Assembly: GCA_030390025.1 (NCBI GenBank)
Contig: CM059431.1
Coordinates: 96,412,001 to 96,476,000, forward strand
Length of the DNA: 64,000 nt
DNA from: Squalus acanthias
Taxonomy: Eukaryota
Reading direction: 5' to 3'
Each line of letters starts with the position of its first letter. Within the stretch, counting starts at the first letter, position 1. The notes below the pieces were generated by a model. It was not told where the DNA came from, did no database searches, and saw only the letters and a program-made list of their open reading frames with translations. The position numbers and the translations under genes were made by a program. Positions 1-11,439 of the stretch are shown piece by piece.

Positions 1-1444
1 AATTCAATCCAATGAACAGTTTCCAATTCGTTCCATTCCAATTCAATCCAAAGAACGGATTCCAATTCATTCCATTCCAATTCAAACTAATACTCAGTTT
101 CCAAATCGTTCCATTCCAATTCAAGCAAATGAAAAGTTTCCAATTCGTTCCATTCCAAATCAATCCAATGAACAGTTTCCAATTTGTTTAATTCCAAATC
201 AATCCAATGAACAGTTTCCAATTCGTTCCATTCCAATTCAATCCAATGAACATTTTCCATTTTGTTCCATTCCAATTCAATCCAATACTCAGATTCCAAT
301 TCGTTCCATTCCAATTCAATCCAAATATCTCAGTTTCCAATTTGTTCCATTCCAATTCAACCCAATACTCCGTTTCAAATTCGTTCCATTCCAATTCAAT
401 CCAATGAACAGTTTCCAATTTGTTCCATTCAAATTCAGTCCAATGAACAGTTTCCAATTCTTTCCATTCCAATTCAATCCAATGAACAGTTTACAATCCG
501 TTCAATTCCAATTCAATCCAATTAAACGTTTCCAATTCTTTCCATTCCAAATCAAGCAAATGAAAAGTTGCCAATTCGTTCCATTCCAATTTAATCCAAT
601 GAACAGTTTCCAATTTGTTCCATTCAAATACAAACCAATGAACAGTTTCCAATTCGCTCCATTCCTATTCAATCCAATGAACAGTTTCCATTTCGTTGCA
701 TTCCACTTCAATTCTATGAACAGTTTCCAATTCGTTCCATTCCAATTCAATCCAAAGAACGGATTCCAATTCATTCCTTTCCAATTCAAACCAATACTCA
801 GTTTCCAAATCGTTCCAGTCCAATTCAATCCAATGAACAGTTTCCAATTTGTTCCATTACAAATCAATCCAGTGAACAGTTTCCAATTCGTTCCATTCCA
901 ATCCAATCCAATGAACAGATTCCATTTCGTTCCATTCCAAATCAATCCAGTGAACAGTTTCCAATTCGTTCCATTCCAATCCAATCCAATGAACAGATTC
1001 CATTTCGTTCCATTCCAAATCAATCCAATGAACAGTTTCCAATTTGTTCCATTCCAATTGAATCCAATACTCAGATTCCAATTCGTTCCATTCCAATTCA
1101 ATCCAAATATCTCAGTTTCCAATTCGTTCCAATTCCAACCAATACTCAGTTTACAATACGTTCCATTCTAATTCAATCCAATACTCAGTTTCCAATTCGT
1201 TCCATTCCAATTCAATCCAATATTCAGTTTCCAATTCGTTCCATTCAAATTCAGTCCTTGAAGAGGATCGAATTCGTTCCATTCCAATTCAATCAAATAA
1301 ACAGTTTCCAATTCGTTCCATTCCTGTTCAATCCAATGAACAATTTCCAATTCGTTCCATTCCAATTCAATCCAATGAACAGCTTCCAATTCATTCCATT
1401 TCAATTCAATCCAATGAACAAGTTCCAATTCATTCCATTCCATT

Positions 1445-2290
1445 TCAATCCAATGCTCACTTTCCAATTCGCTCTGTGCCAATTCAATCCAAGGCTCAGT
1501 TTCCAAATCGTTCCATTCCAATTCAATCCAATGAACAATTTCCAATTCGTTCCATTCCATTGCAATCCAATGCTCAGTTTCCAATTCGCTCCGTTCCAAT
1601 TCAATCCAAGGCTCAGTTTCCAAATCGTTCCATTCCAATTCAATCCAATTAACAATTTCCACTTCGTTTCTTTCCACCTGAATCCAATACTCAGTTTCCA
1701 ATTCTTTAAATTCCAATGCAATACAATACTCAGTTTCCACTAAGTTCCAGTCCAACTCAATCCAATATTGAGTTTCCAAACCGTTCAGGTCCACTACAAT
1801 CCCAGTCTCAGTTTCTAATTCGATCCATTGCAATTCAATCCATACCTAGTTTCCAATTCGTTCCATTCTAATTCAATCCAAGACTCAGTTTCAAAATAGT
1901 TCCAGTCCACGTCAATCCAATACTCAGTTACTAATTCGTTCCATTCCATTTCAATCCAAAAGTCTGATCCAATTTGTTCCAGTCCAATTCAAGCCAATAC
2001 TCAGTTTGAAGTTCGTTCCATTCCAATTCAATCCAAAATTCAGTTTCTAATCCGTTCCAGTCCACTTCAATCCAATACTCAGTTACTAATCCGTTCCATT
2101 CCAATTCAATCCAATACTCAATTTCCAATTCGTTGCAATCCACTTCAAACCAATACTTATTTTTGAATTCTTCCCATTCCATTTCCATCCAATAGTCAGT
2201 TTCCACTTCATCCCACTCCAATTCAATCGAATGCTCAGTTTCCAATTTGTTCCATTCCAATTCAACCCAATACTCCGTTTCAAATTCGTT
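1445..2290 (+). repeat. Diverged ACTC-type monomer block (HOR landmark block), first copy
   Basis: Run of monomers mostly starting AATACTCAG/AATGCTCA/AAGGCTCAG with many private variants (TCTTTCCACCTG, CTTTAAATTCCAATGC, CACTAAG, TTCAGGTCC, CACGTC, AAAAGTCTGA, TATTTTTGAATTC, CATCCCACTCC) that recur in the same order in other HOR copies. Boundaries are approximate. Confidence 0.88.
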
Positions 2291-2816
2291 CCATTCCAAT
2301 TCAATTCAATGAACATTTGCCGATTCGTTCCATTAATATTCAATCCAATGAACAGTTTCCGATTCTTTCCATTCCAATTCAGTCCAATGAACAGTTTCCA
2401 ATTCGTTCTATTCCAATTCAATCCAATGAAAAGTTTCCAATTTTTTCCATTCCAAATCAATCCAATGAACAGTTTACAATCCGTTCAATTCCAATTCAAT
2501 CCAATTGAAAGTTTCCAATTCTTTCCATTCCAATTCAAGCAAATGAAAAGTTGCCAATTCGTTCCATTCCAATTTAATCCAATGAACAGTTTCCAATTCG
2601 TTCCATTCAAATTCAAACCAAATGAACAGTTTCCAATTCGTCCCATTCCTATTCAATCCAATGAACAGTTTCCAAATCATTCCATTCCAATTCAATCCAA
2701 TGAACAGTTTCCATTTCGTTCCATTACAAATCAATCCAATGAACAGTTTCCAATTCGTTCAATTCCAATTCAATCCAATGAACAGTTTCCAATTCGTTCC
2801 ATTCCAATTCAATCCA

Positions 2817-3284
2817 ATGAACAGTTTACAATCCGTTCAATTGCAATTCAATCCAATTAAAAGTTTCCAATTCTTTCCATTCCAATTCAAGCAAATGAAA
2901 AGTTGCCAATTCGTTCCATTCCAATTTAATCCAATGAACAGTTTCCAATTTGTTCCATTCAAATTCAAACCAATGAACAGTTTCTAATTTGTTCCATTCA
3001 AATTCAGTCCAATGAACAGTTTCCAATTCTTTCCATTCCAATTCAATCCAATGAACAGTTTACAATCCGTTCAATTGCAATTCAATCCAATTAAAAGTTT
3101 CCAATTCTTTCCATTCCAATTCAAGCAAATGAAAAGTTGCCAATTCGTTCCATTCCAATTTAATCCAATGAACAGTTTCCAATTTGTTCCATTCAAATTC
3201 AAACCAATGAACAGTTTCTAATTTGTTCCATTCCAATTCAATACAATGAACAGTTTCCATTTCGTTCCATTCCAAATCAATCCA
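2817..3284 (+). repeat. Local 234-bp (6-monomer) tandem duplication, also present at ~12688-13155
   Basis: The TTTACAATCCGTTCAATTGCAA...AAGCAAATGAAAAGTTGCC...TTTCTAATTTG series occurs twice. ORF offsets 2826/3060 and 12697/12931 are both 234. Confidence 0.85.
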
Positions 3285-3940
3285 ATGAACAGTTTCCAAT
3301 TCGTTCCATTCCAATTCAATCCAAATATCTCAGTTTCCAATTCGTTCCATTCCAATTCTAACCAATACTCAGTTTACAATTCGTTCCATTCTAATTCAAT
3401 CCAATACTCAGTTTCCAATTCGTTCCATTCCAATTCAATCCAATATTCAGTTTCCAATTTGTTCCATTCAAATTCAGTCCAATGAAGAGTATCGAATTCG
3501 TTCCATTCCAATTCAATCAAATGAACAGTTTCCAATTCGTTCCATTCCTGTTCAATCCAATGAACAATTTCCAATTCGTTCCATTCCAATTCAATCCAAT
3601 CAACAGCTTCCAATTCATTCCATTCCAATTCAATCCAATGAACAAGTTCCAATTCATTCCATTCCATTTCAATCCAATGCTCACTTTCCAATTCGCTCCA
3701 TTCCAATTCAATCCAAGGCTCAGTTTCCAAATCGTTCCATTCCAATTCAATCCAATGAACAATTTCCAATTCGTTTCTTTCCACCTGAATCCAATACTCA
3801 GTTTCCAATTCTTTAAATTCCAATGCAATACAATACTCAGTTTCCACTAAGTTCCAGTCCAACTCAATCCAATATTGAGTTTCCAAACCGTTCAGGTCCA
3901 CTACAATCCCAGTCTCAATTTCTAATTCGATCCATTGCAA

Positions 3941-5931
3941 TTCAATCCATACTCAGTTTCCAATTCGTTCCATTCTAATTCAATCCAAGACTCAGTTTCA
4001 AAATAGTTCCAGTCCACGTCAATCCAATACTCAGTTTCTAATTCGTTCCATTCCATTTCAATCCAAAAGTCTGATCCAATTTGTTCCAGTCCAATTCAAG
4101 CCAATACTCAGTTTCAAGTTCGTTCCATTCCAATTCAATCCAATACTCAATTTCCAATTCGTTCCAGTCCACTTCAATCCAATACTCAGTTTCTAATCCG
4201 TTCCATTCCAATTCAATCCAATACTCAATTTCCAATTCGTTGCAATCCACTTCAAACCAATACTTATTTTTGAATTCTTCCCATTCCATTTCCATCCAAT
4301 AGTCAGTTTCCACTTCATCCCACTCCAATTCAATCGAATACTCAGTTTCCAATTCTTTCCATTCCAATTCAGTCCAATGAACAGTTTCCAATTCGTTCCA
4401 TTCCAATTCAATCCAATGAAAAGTTTCCAATTTTTTCCATTCCAATTCAATCCAATGAACAGTTTACAATCCGTTCAATTCCAATTCAATCCAATTAAAA
4501 GTATCCAATTCTTTCCATTCCAATTCAAGCAAATGAAAAGTTGCCAATTCGTTCCATTCCAATTTAATCCAATGAACAGTTTCCAATTCGTTCCATTCAA
4601 ATTCAAACCAATGAACAGTTTCCAATTCGTCCCATTCCTATTCAATCCAATGAATAGTTTCCAATTCGTTCCATTCCAATTCAATCCAATGAACAGTTTC
4701 CATTTCGTTCCATTACAGATCAATCCAATGAACAGTTTCCAATTCGTTCAATTCCAAATCAATCCAATGAACAGTTTCCAATTCGTTCCATTCCAATTCA
4801 ATCCAATGAACATTTTCCATTTTGTTCCATTCCAATTCAATCCAATACTCAGATTCCAATTCGTTCCATTCCAATTTAATCCAAATGTCTCAGTTTCCAA
4901 TTTGTTCCATTCCAATTCAACCCAATACTCCGTTTCAAATTCGTTCCATTCCAATTCAATCCAATGAACAGTTTCCAATTTGTTCCATTCAAATTCAGTC
5001 CAATGAACAGTTTCCAATTCTTTCCATTCCAATTCAATCCAATGAACAGTTTACAATCCGTTCAATTGCAATTCAATCCAATTAAAAGTTTCCAATTCTT
5101 TCCATTCCAATTCAAGCAAATGAAAAGTTGCCAATTCATTCCATTCCAATTTAATCCAATGAACAGTTTCCAATTTGTTCCATTCAAATTCAAACCAATG
5201 AACAGTTTCTAATTTGTTCCATTCCAATTCAATACAATGAACAGTTTCCATTTCATTCCATTCCAAATCAATCCAATGAACAGTTTCCAATTCGTTCCAT
5301 TCCAATTCAATCCAAATATCTCAGTTTCCAATTCGTTCCATTCCAATTCCAACCAATACTCAGTTTACAATTCGTTCCATTCTAATTCAATCCAATACTC
5401 AGTTTCCAATTCGTTCCATTCCAATTCAATCCAATATTCAGTTTCCAATTCGTTCCATTCAAATTTAGTCCAATGAAGAGTATCGAATTCGTTCCATTCC
5501 AATTCAATCAAATAAACAGTTTCCAATTCGTTCCATTCCTGTTCAATCCAATGAACAATTTCCAATTCATTCCATTCCAATTCAATCCAATCAACAGCTT
5601 CCAATTCATTCCATTCCAATTCAATCCAATGAACAAGTTCCAATTCATTCCATTCCATTTCAATCCAATGCTCACTTTCCAATTCGCTCCATTCCAATTC
5701 AATCCAAGGCTCAGTTTCCAAATCGTTCCATTCCAATTCAATCCAATTAACAATTTCCAATTCGTTTCTTTCCACCTGAATCCAATACTCAGTTTCCAAT
5801 TCTTTAAATTCCAATGCAATACAATACTCAGTTTCCACTAAGTTCCAGTCCAACTCAATCCAATATTGAGTTTCCAAACCGTTCAGGTCCACTACAATCC
5901 CAGTCTCAATTTCTAATTCGATCCATTGCAA
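3941..5931 (+). repeat. Representative basic HOR unit, 1,991 bp = 51 monomers
   Basis: The landmark CCGTTCAGGTCCA...GATCCATTGCAA ends at 3940 and again at 5931. 1991 = 51x39 + 2, accounted for by two 41-bp monomers (AAATATCTCAG or variant) and two 38-bp monomers (CATACTCAG; AAAAGTCTGATCC). The same interval is seen at 13811-15802 and 38204-40195, and 1990 bp at 20563-22553. Confidence 0.93.
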
Positions 5932-8900
5932 TTCAATCCATACTCAGTTTCCAATTCGTTCCATTCTAATTCAATCCAAGACTCAGTTTCAAAATAGTTC
6001 CAGTCCACGTCAATCCAATACTCAGTTTCTAATTCGTTCCATTCCATTTCAATCCAAAAGTCTGATCCAATTTGTTCCAGTCCAATTCAAGCCAATACTC
6101 AGTTTCAAGTTCGTTCCATTCCAATTCAATCCAAAATTCAGTTTCTAATCCGTTCCAGTCCACTTCAATCCAATACTCAGTTTCTAATCCGTTCCATTCC
6201 AATTCAATCCAATACTCAATTTCCAATTCGTTGCAATCCACTTCAAACCAATACTTATTTTTGAATTCTTCCCATTCCATTTCCATCCAATAGTCAGTTT
6301 CCACTTCATCCCACTCCAATTCAATCGAATACTCAGTTTCCAATTCTTTCCATTCCAATTCAGTCCAATGAACAGTTTCCAATTTTTTCCATTCCAATTC
6401 AATCCAATGAACAGTTTACAATCCGTTGAATTCCAATTCAATCCAATTAAAAGTTTCCAATTCTTTCCATTCCAATTCAAGCAAATGAAAAGTTGCCAAT
6501 TCGTTCCATTCCAATTTAATCCAATGAACAGTTTCCAATTTGTTCCATTCAAATTCAAACCAATGAACAGTTTCCAATTCGTCCCATTCCTATTCAATCC
6601 AATGAACAGTTTCCAATTCGTTCCATTCCAATTCAATCCAATGAACAGTTTCCATTTCGTTCCATTTCAGATCAATCCAATGAACAGTTTCCAATTCGTT
6701 CAATTCCAAATCAATCCAATGAACAGTTTCCAATTCGTTCCATTCCAATTCAATCCAATGAACATTTTCCATTTTGTTCCATTCCAATTCAATCCAATAC
6801 TCAGATTCCAATTCGTTCCAATCCAATTCAATCCAAATATCTCAGTTTCCAATTTGTTCCATTCCAATTCAACCCAATACTCCGTTTCAAATTCGTTCCA
6901 TTCCAATTCAATCCAATGAACAGTTTCCAATTTGTTCCATTCAAATTCAGTCCAATGAACAGTTTCCAATTCTTTCCATTCCAAATCAGTCCAATGAACA
7001 GTTTCCAATTCGTTCCATTCCAATTCAATCCAATGAACAGTTTACAATCCGTTGAATTCCAATTCAATCCAATTAAAAGTTTCCAATTCTTTCCATTCCA
7101 ATTCAAGCAAATGAAAAGTTGCCAATTCGTTCCATTCCAATTTAATCCAATGAACAGTTTCCAATTTGTTCCATTCAAATTCAAACCAATGAACAGTTTC
7201 CAATTCGCTCCATTCCTATTCAATCCAATGAACAGTTTCCATTTCATTGCATTCCACTTCAATTCTATGAACAGTTTCCAATTCGTTCCATTCCAATTCA
7301 ATCCAAAGAACGGATTCCAATTCATTCCTTTCCAATTCAAACCAATACTCAGTTTCCAAATCATTCCAGTCCAATTCAATCCAATGAACAGTTTCCAATT
7401 TGTTCCATTACAAATCAATCCAGTGAACAGTTTCCAATTCGTTCCATTCCAATCCAATCCAATGAACAGATTCCAATTCCTTCCATTCCAATTCAATCCA
7501 ATGAACAGTTTCCAAATCGTTCCATTCCAATTCAATACAATGAACAGTTTCCATTTCGTTCCATTCCAAATCAATCCAATGAACAGTTTCCAATTCGTTC
7601 CATTCCAATTCAATCCAATACTCAGATTCCAATTCGTTCCATTCCAATTCAATCCAAATATCTCAGTTTCCAATTCATTCCATTCCAATTACAACCAATA
7701 CTCAGTTTACAATTCGTTCCATTCTAATTCAATCCAATACTCAGTTTACAATTCGTTCCATTCCAATTCAATCCAATATTCAGTTTCCAATTCATTCCAT
7801 TCAAATTCAGTCCAATGAAGAGTATCGAATTCGTTCCATTCCAATTCAATCAAATAAACAGTTTCCAATTCGTTCCATTCCTGTTCAATCCAATGAACAA
7901 TTTCCAATTCGTTCCATTCCAATTCAATCCAAGGAACAAGTTCCAATTCATTCCATTCCATTTCAATCCAATGCTCACTTTCCAATTCGCTCTGTTCCAA
8001 TTCAATCCAAGGCTCAGTTTCCAAATCGTTCCATTCCAATTCAATCCAATGAACAATTTCCAATTCGTTTCTTTCCACCTGAATCCAATACTCAGTTTAC
8101 AATTCTTTCATTTCCAATGCAATACAATACTCAGTTTCCACTAAGTTCCAGTCCAACTCAATCCAATATTGAGTTTCCAAACCGTTCAGGTCCAATACAA
8201 TCCCAGTCTCAGTTTCTAATCCGATCCATTGCAATTCAATCCATACTCAGTTTCCAATTCGTTCCATTCTAATTCAATCCAAGACTCAGTTTCAAAATAG
8301 TTCTAGTCCACGTCAATCCAATACTCAGTTTCTAATTCGTTCCATTCCATTTCAATCCAAAAGTCTGATCCAATTTGTTCCAGTCCAATTCAAGCCAATA
8401 CTCAGTTTGAAGTTCGTTCCATTCCAATTCAATCCAAAATTCAGTTTCTAATCCGTTCCAGTCCACTTCAATCCAATACTCAGTTTCTAATCCGTTCCAT
8501 TCCAATTCAATCCAATACTCAGTTTCCAATTCGTTGCAATCCACTTCAAACCAATACTTATTTTTGAATTCTTCCCATTCCATTTCCATCCAATAGTCAG
8601 TTTCCACTTCATCCCACTCCAATTCAATCGAATACTCAGTTTCCAATTCGTTCCATTCCAATTCAACCCAATACTCCGTTTCAAATTCGTTCCATTCCAA
8701 TTCAATCCAATGAACATTTGCCAATTCGTTCCATTAATATTCAATCCAATGAACAGTTTCCAATTCTTTCCATTCCAATTCAGTCCAATGAACAGTTTCC
8801 AATTCGTTCCATTCCAATTCAATCCAATGAACAGTTTACAATCCGTTCAATTCCAATTCAATCCAATTAAAAGTTTCCAATTCTTTCCATTCCAATTCAA

Positions 8901-11439
8901 GCAAATGAAAAGTTGCCAATTCGTTCCATTCCAATATAATCCAAGGAACAGTTTCCAATTCGTTCCATTCAAATTCAAACCAATGAACAGTTTCCAATTC
9001 GTCCCATTCCTATTCAATCCAATGAACAGTTTCCATTTCGTTGCATTCCACTTCAATTCTATGAACAGTTTCCAATTCGTTCCATTACAATTCAATCCAA
9101 AACTCAAGTTTCCAATTCGTTCCATTCCAATTCAATCCAAAGAACGGATTCCAATTCATTCCATTCCAATTCAAACCAATACTCAGTTTCCAAATCGTTC
9201 CAGTCCAATTCAATCCAATGAACAGTTTCCAATTTGTTCCATTACAAATCAATCCAGTGAACAGTTTCCAATTCGTTCCATTCCAATCCAATCCAATGAA
9301 CAGTTTCCAATTCCTTCCATTCCAATTCAATACAATGAACAGTTTCCAAATAATTCCATTCCAATTCAATCCAATGAACAGTTTCCATTTCGTTCCATTC
9401 CAATTCAATCCAATGAACAGTTTCCAATTCGTTCCATTCCAAATCAAACCAATGAACAGTTTCCAATTCGTTCACTTCCAATTCAATCCAATGAACATTT
9501 TCCATTTTCTTCCATTCCAATTCAATCCAATACTCAGATTCCAATTCGTTCCATTCCAATTCAATCCAAATATCTCAGTTTCCAATTCGTTCCATTCCAA
9601 TTCAATACAATGAACAGTTTCCAAATAGTTCCATTCCAATTCAATCCAATGAACAGTTTCCATTTCGTTCCATTAGAAATCAATCCAATGAACAGTTTCC
9701 AATTCGTTCCATTCCAAATCAGTCCAATGAACAGTTTCCAAATCGTTCCATTACAATTCAATCTAAAACTCAAGTTTCCAATTCGTTCCATTCCAATTCA
9801 ATCCAAAGAACGGATTCCAATTCATTCCATTCCAATTCAAACCAATACTCAGTTTCCAAATCGTTCCAGTCCAATTCAATCCAATGAACAGTTTCCAATT
9901 CGTTCCATTCCAATTCAATCCAAAGAACGGATTCCAATTCATTCCATTCCAATTCAAACTAATACTCAGTTTCCAAATCGTTCCATTCCAATTCAAGCAA
10001 ATGAAAAGTTTCCAATTCGTTCCATTCCAAATCAATCCAATGAACAGTTTCCAATTTGTTTAATTCCAAATCAATCCAATGAACAGTTTCCAATTCGTTC
10101 CATTCCAATTCAATCCAATGAACATTTTCCATTTTGTTCCATTCCAATTCAATCCAATACTCAGATTCCAATTCGTTCCATTCCAATTCAATCCAAATAT
10201 CTCAGTTTCCAATTTGTTCCATTCCAATTCAACCCAATACTCCGTTTCAAATTCGTTCCATTCCAATTCAATCCAATGAACAGTTTCCAATTTGTTCCAT
10301 TCAAATTCAGTCCAATGAACAGTTTCCAATTCTTTCCATTCCAATTCAATCCAATGAACAGTTTACAATCCGTTCAATTCCAATTCAATCCAATTAAACG
10401 TTTCCAATTCTTTCCATTCCAAATCAAGCAAATGAAAAGTTGCCAATTCGTTCCATTCCAATTTAATCCAATGAACAGTTTCCAATTTGTTCCATTCAAA
10501 TTCAAACCAATGAACAGTTTCCAATTCGCTCCATTCCTATTCAATCCAATGAACAGTTTCCATTTCGTTGCATTCCACTTCAATTCTATGAACAGTTTCC
10601 AATTCGTTCCATTCCAATTCAATCCAAAGAACGGATTCCAATTCATTCCTTTCCAATTCAAACCAATACTCAGTTTCCAAATCGTTCCAGTCCAATTCAA
10701 TCCAATGAACAGTTTCCAATTTGTTCCATTACAAATCAATCCAGTGAACAGTTTCCAATTCGTTCCATTCCAATCCAATCCAATGAACAGATTCCATTTC
10801 GTTCCATTCCAAATCAATCCAGTGAACAGTTTCCAATTCGTTCCATTCCAATCCAATCCAATGAACAGATTCCATTTCGTTCCATTCCAAATCAATCCAA
10901 TGAACAGTTTCCAATTTGTTCCATTCCAATTGAATCCAATACTCAGATTCCAATTCGTTCCATTCCAATTCAATCCAAATATCTCAGTTTCCAATTCGTT
11001 CCAATTCCAACCAATACTCAGTTTACAATACGTTCCATTCTAATTCAATCCAATACTCAGTTTCCAATTCGTTCCATTCCAATTCAATCCAATATTCAGT
11101 TTCCAATTCGTTCCATTCAAATTCAGTCCTTGAAGAGGATCGAATTCGTTCCATTCCAATTCAATCAAATAAACAGTTTCCAATTCGTTCCATTCCTGTT
11201 CAATCCAATGAACAATTTCCAATTCGTTCCATTCCAATTCAATCCAATGAACAGCTTCCAATTCATTCCATTTCAATTCAATCCAATGAACAAGTTCCAA
11301 TTCATTCCATTCCATTTCAATCCAATGCTCACTTTCCAATTCGCTCTGTGCCAATTCAATCCAAGGCTCAGTTTCCAAATCGTTCCATTCCAATTCAATC
11401 CAATGAACAATTTCCAATTCGTTCCATTCCATTGCAATC

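Noticed and set aside
1168..1833. Minus-strand Trp/Glu-rich WIELEWNELETVH repeat peptides recurring ~30 times as a gene family
   Set aside because: They are translations of the HOR. Copies are truncated by stops (e.g. 37878, 8079 region) and there is no non-repeat gene context.
1660..2230. Diverged block as an inserted element or cassette (DGR, antigenic-variation cassette, MITE)
   Set aside because: It stays in 39-bp register with the satellite throughout, with no terminal repeats, target-site duplication or associated enzyme gene.
2615..2625. Single-base indels at ~2621, ~20773 and ~58930 as meaningful frameshifts
   Set aside because: They are private to single copies in non-coding satellite and may be sequencing errors in short homopolymers.
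8710..11043. Long ORFs (777 aa here; 504 aa at 48361, 613 aa at 51989, 300 aa at 6916) as repeat-protein genes
   Set aside because: 39 bp is 13 codons and the consensus is stop-free in several frames on both strands, so overlapping ORFs arise automatically. The ORFs drift between repeat phases at indel monomers, have no unique domains or termini, and are broken by stops without apparent constraint.
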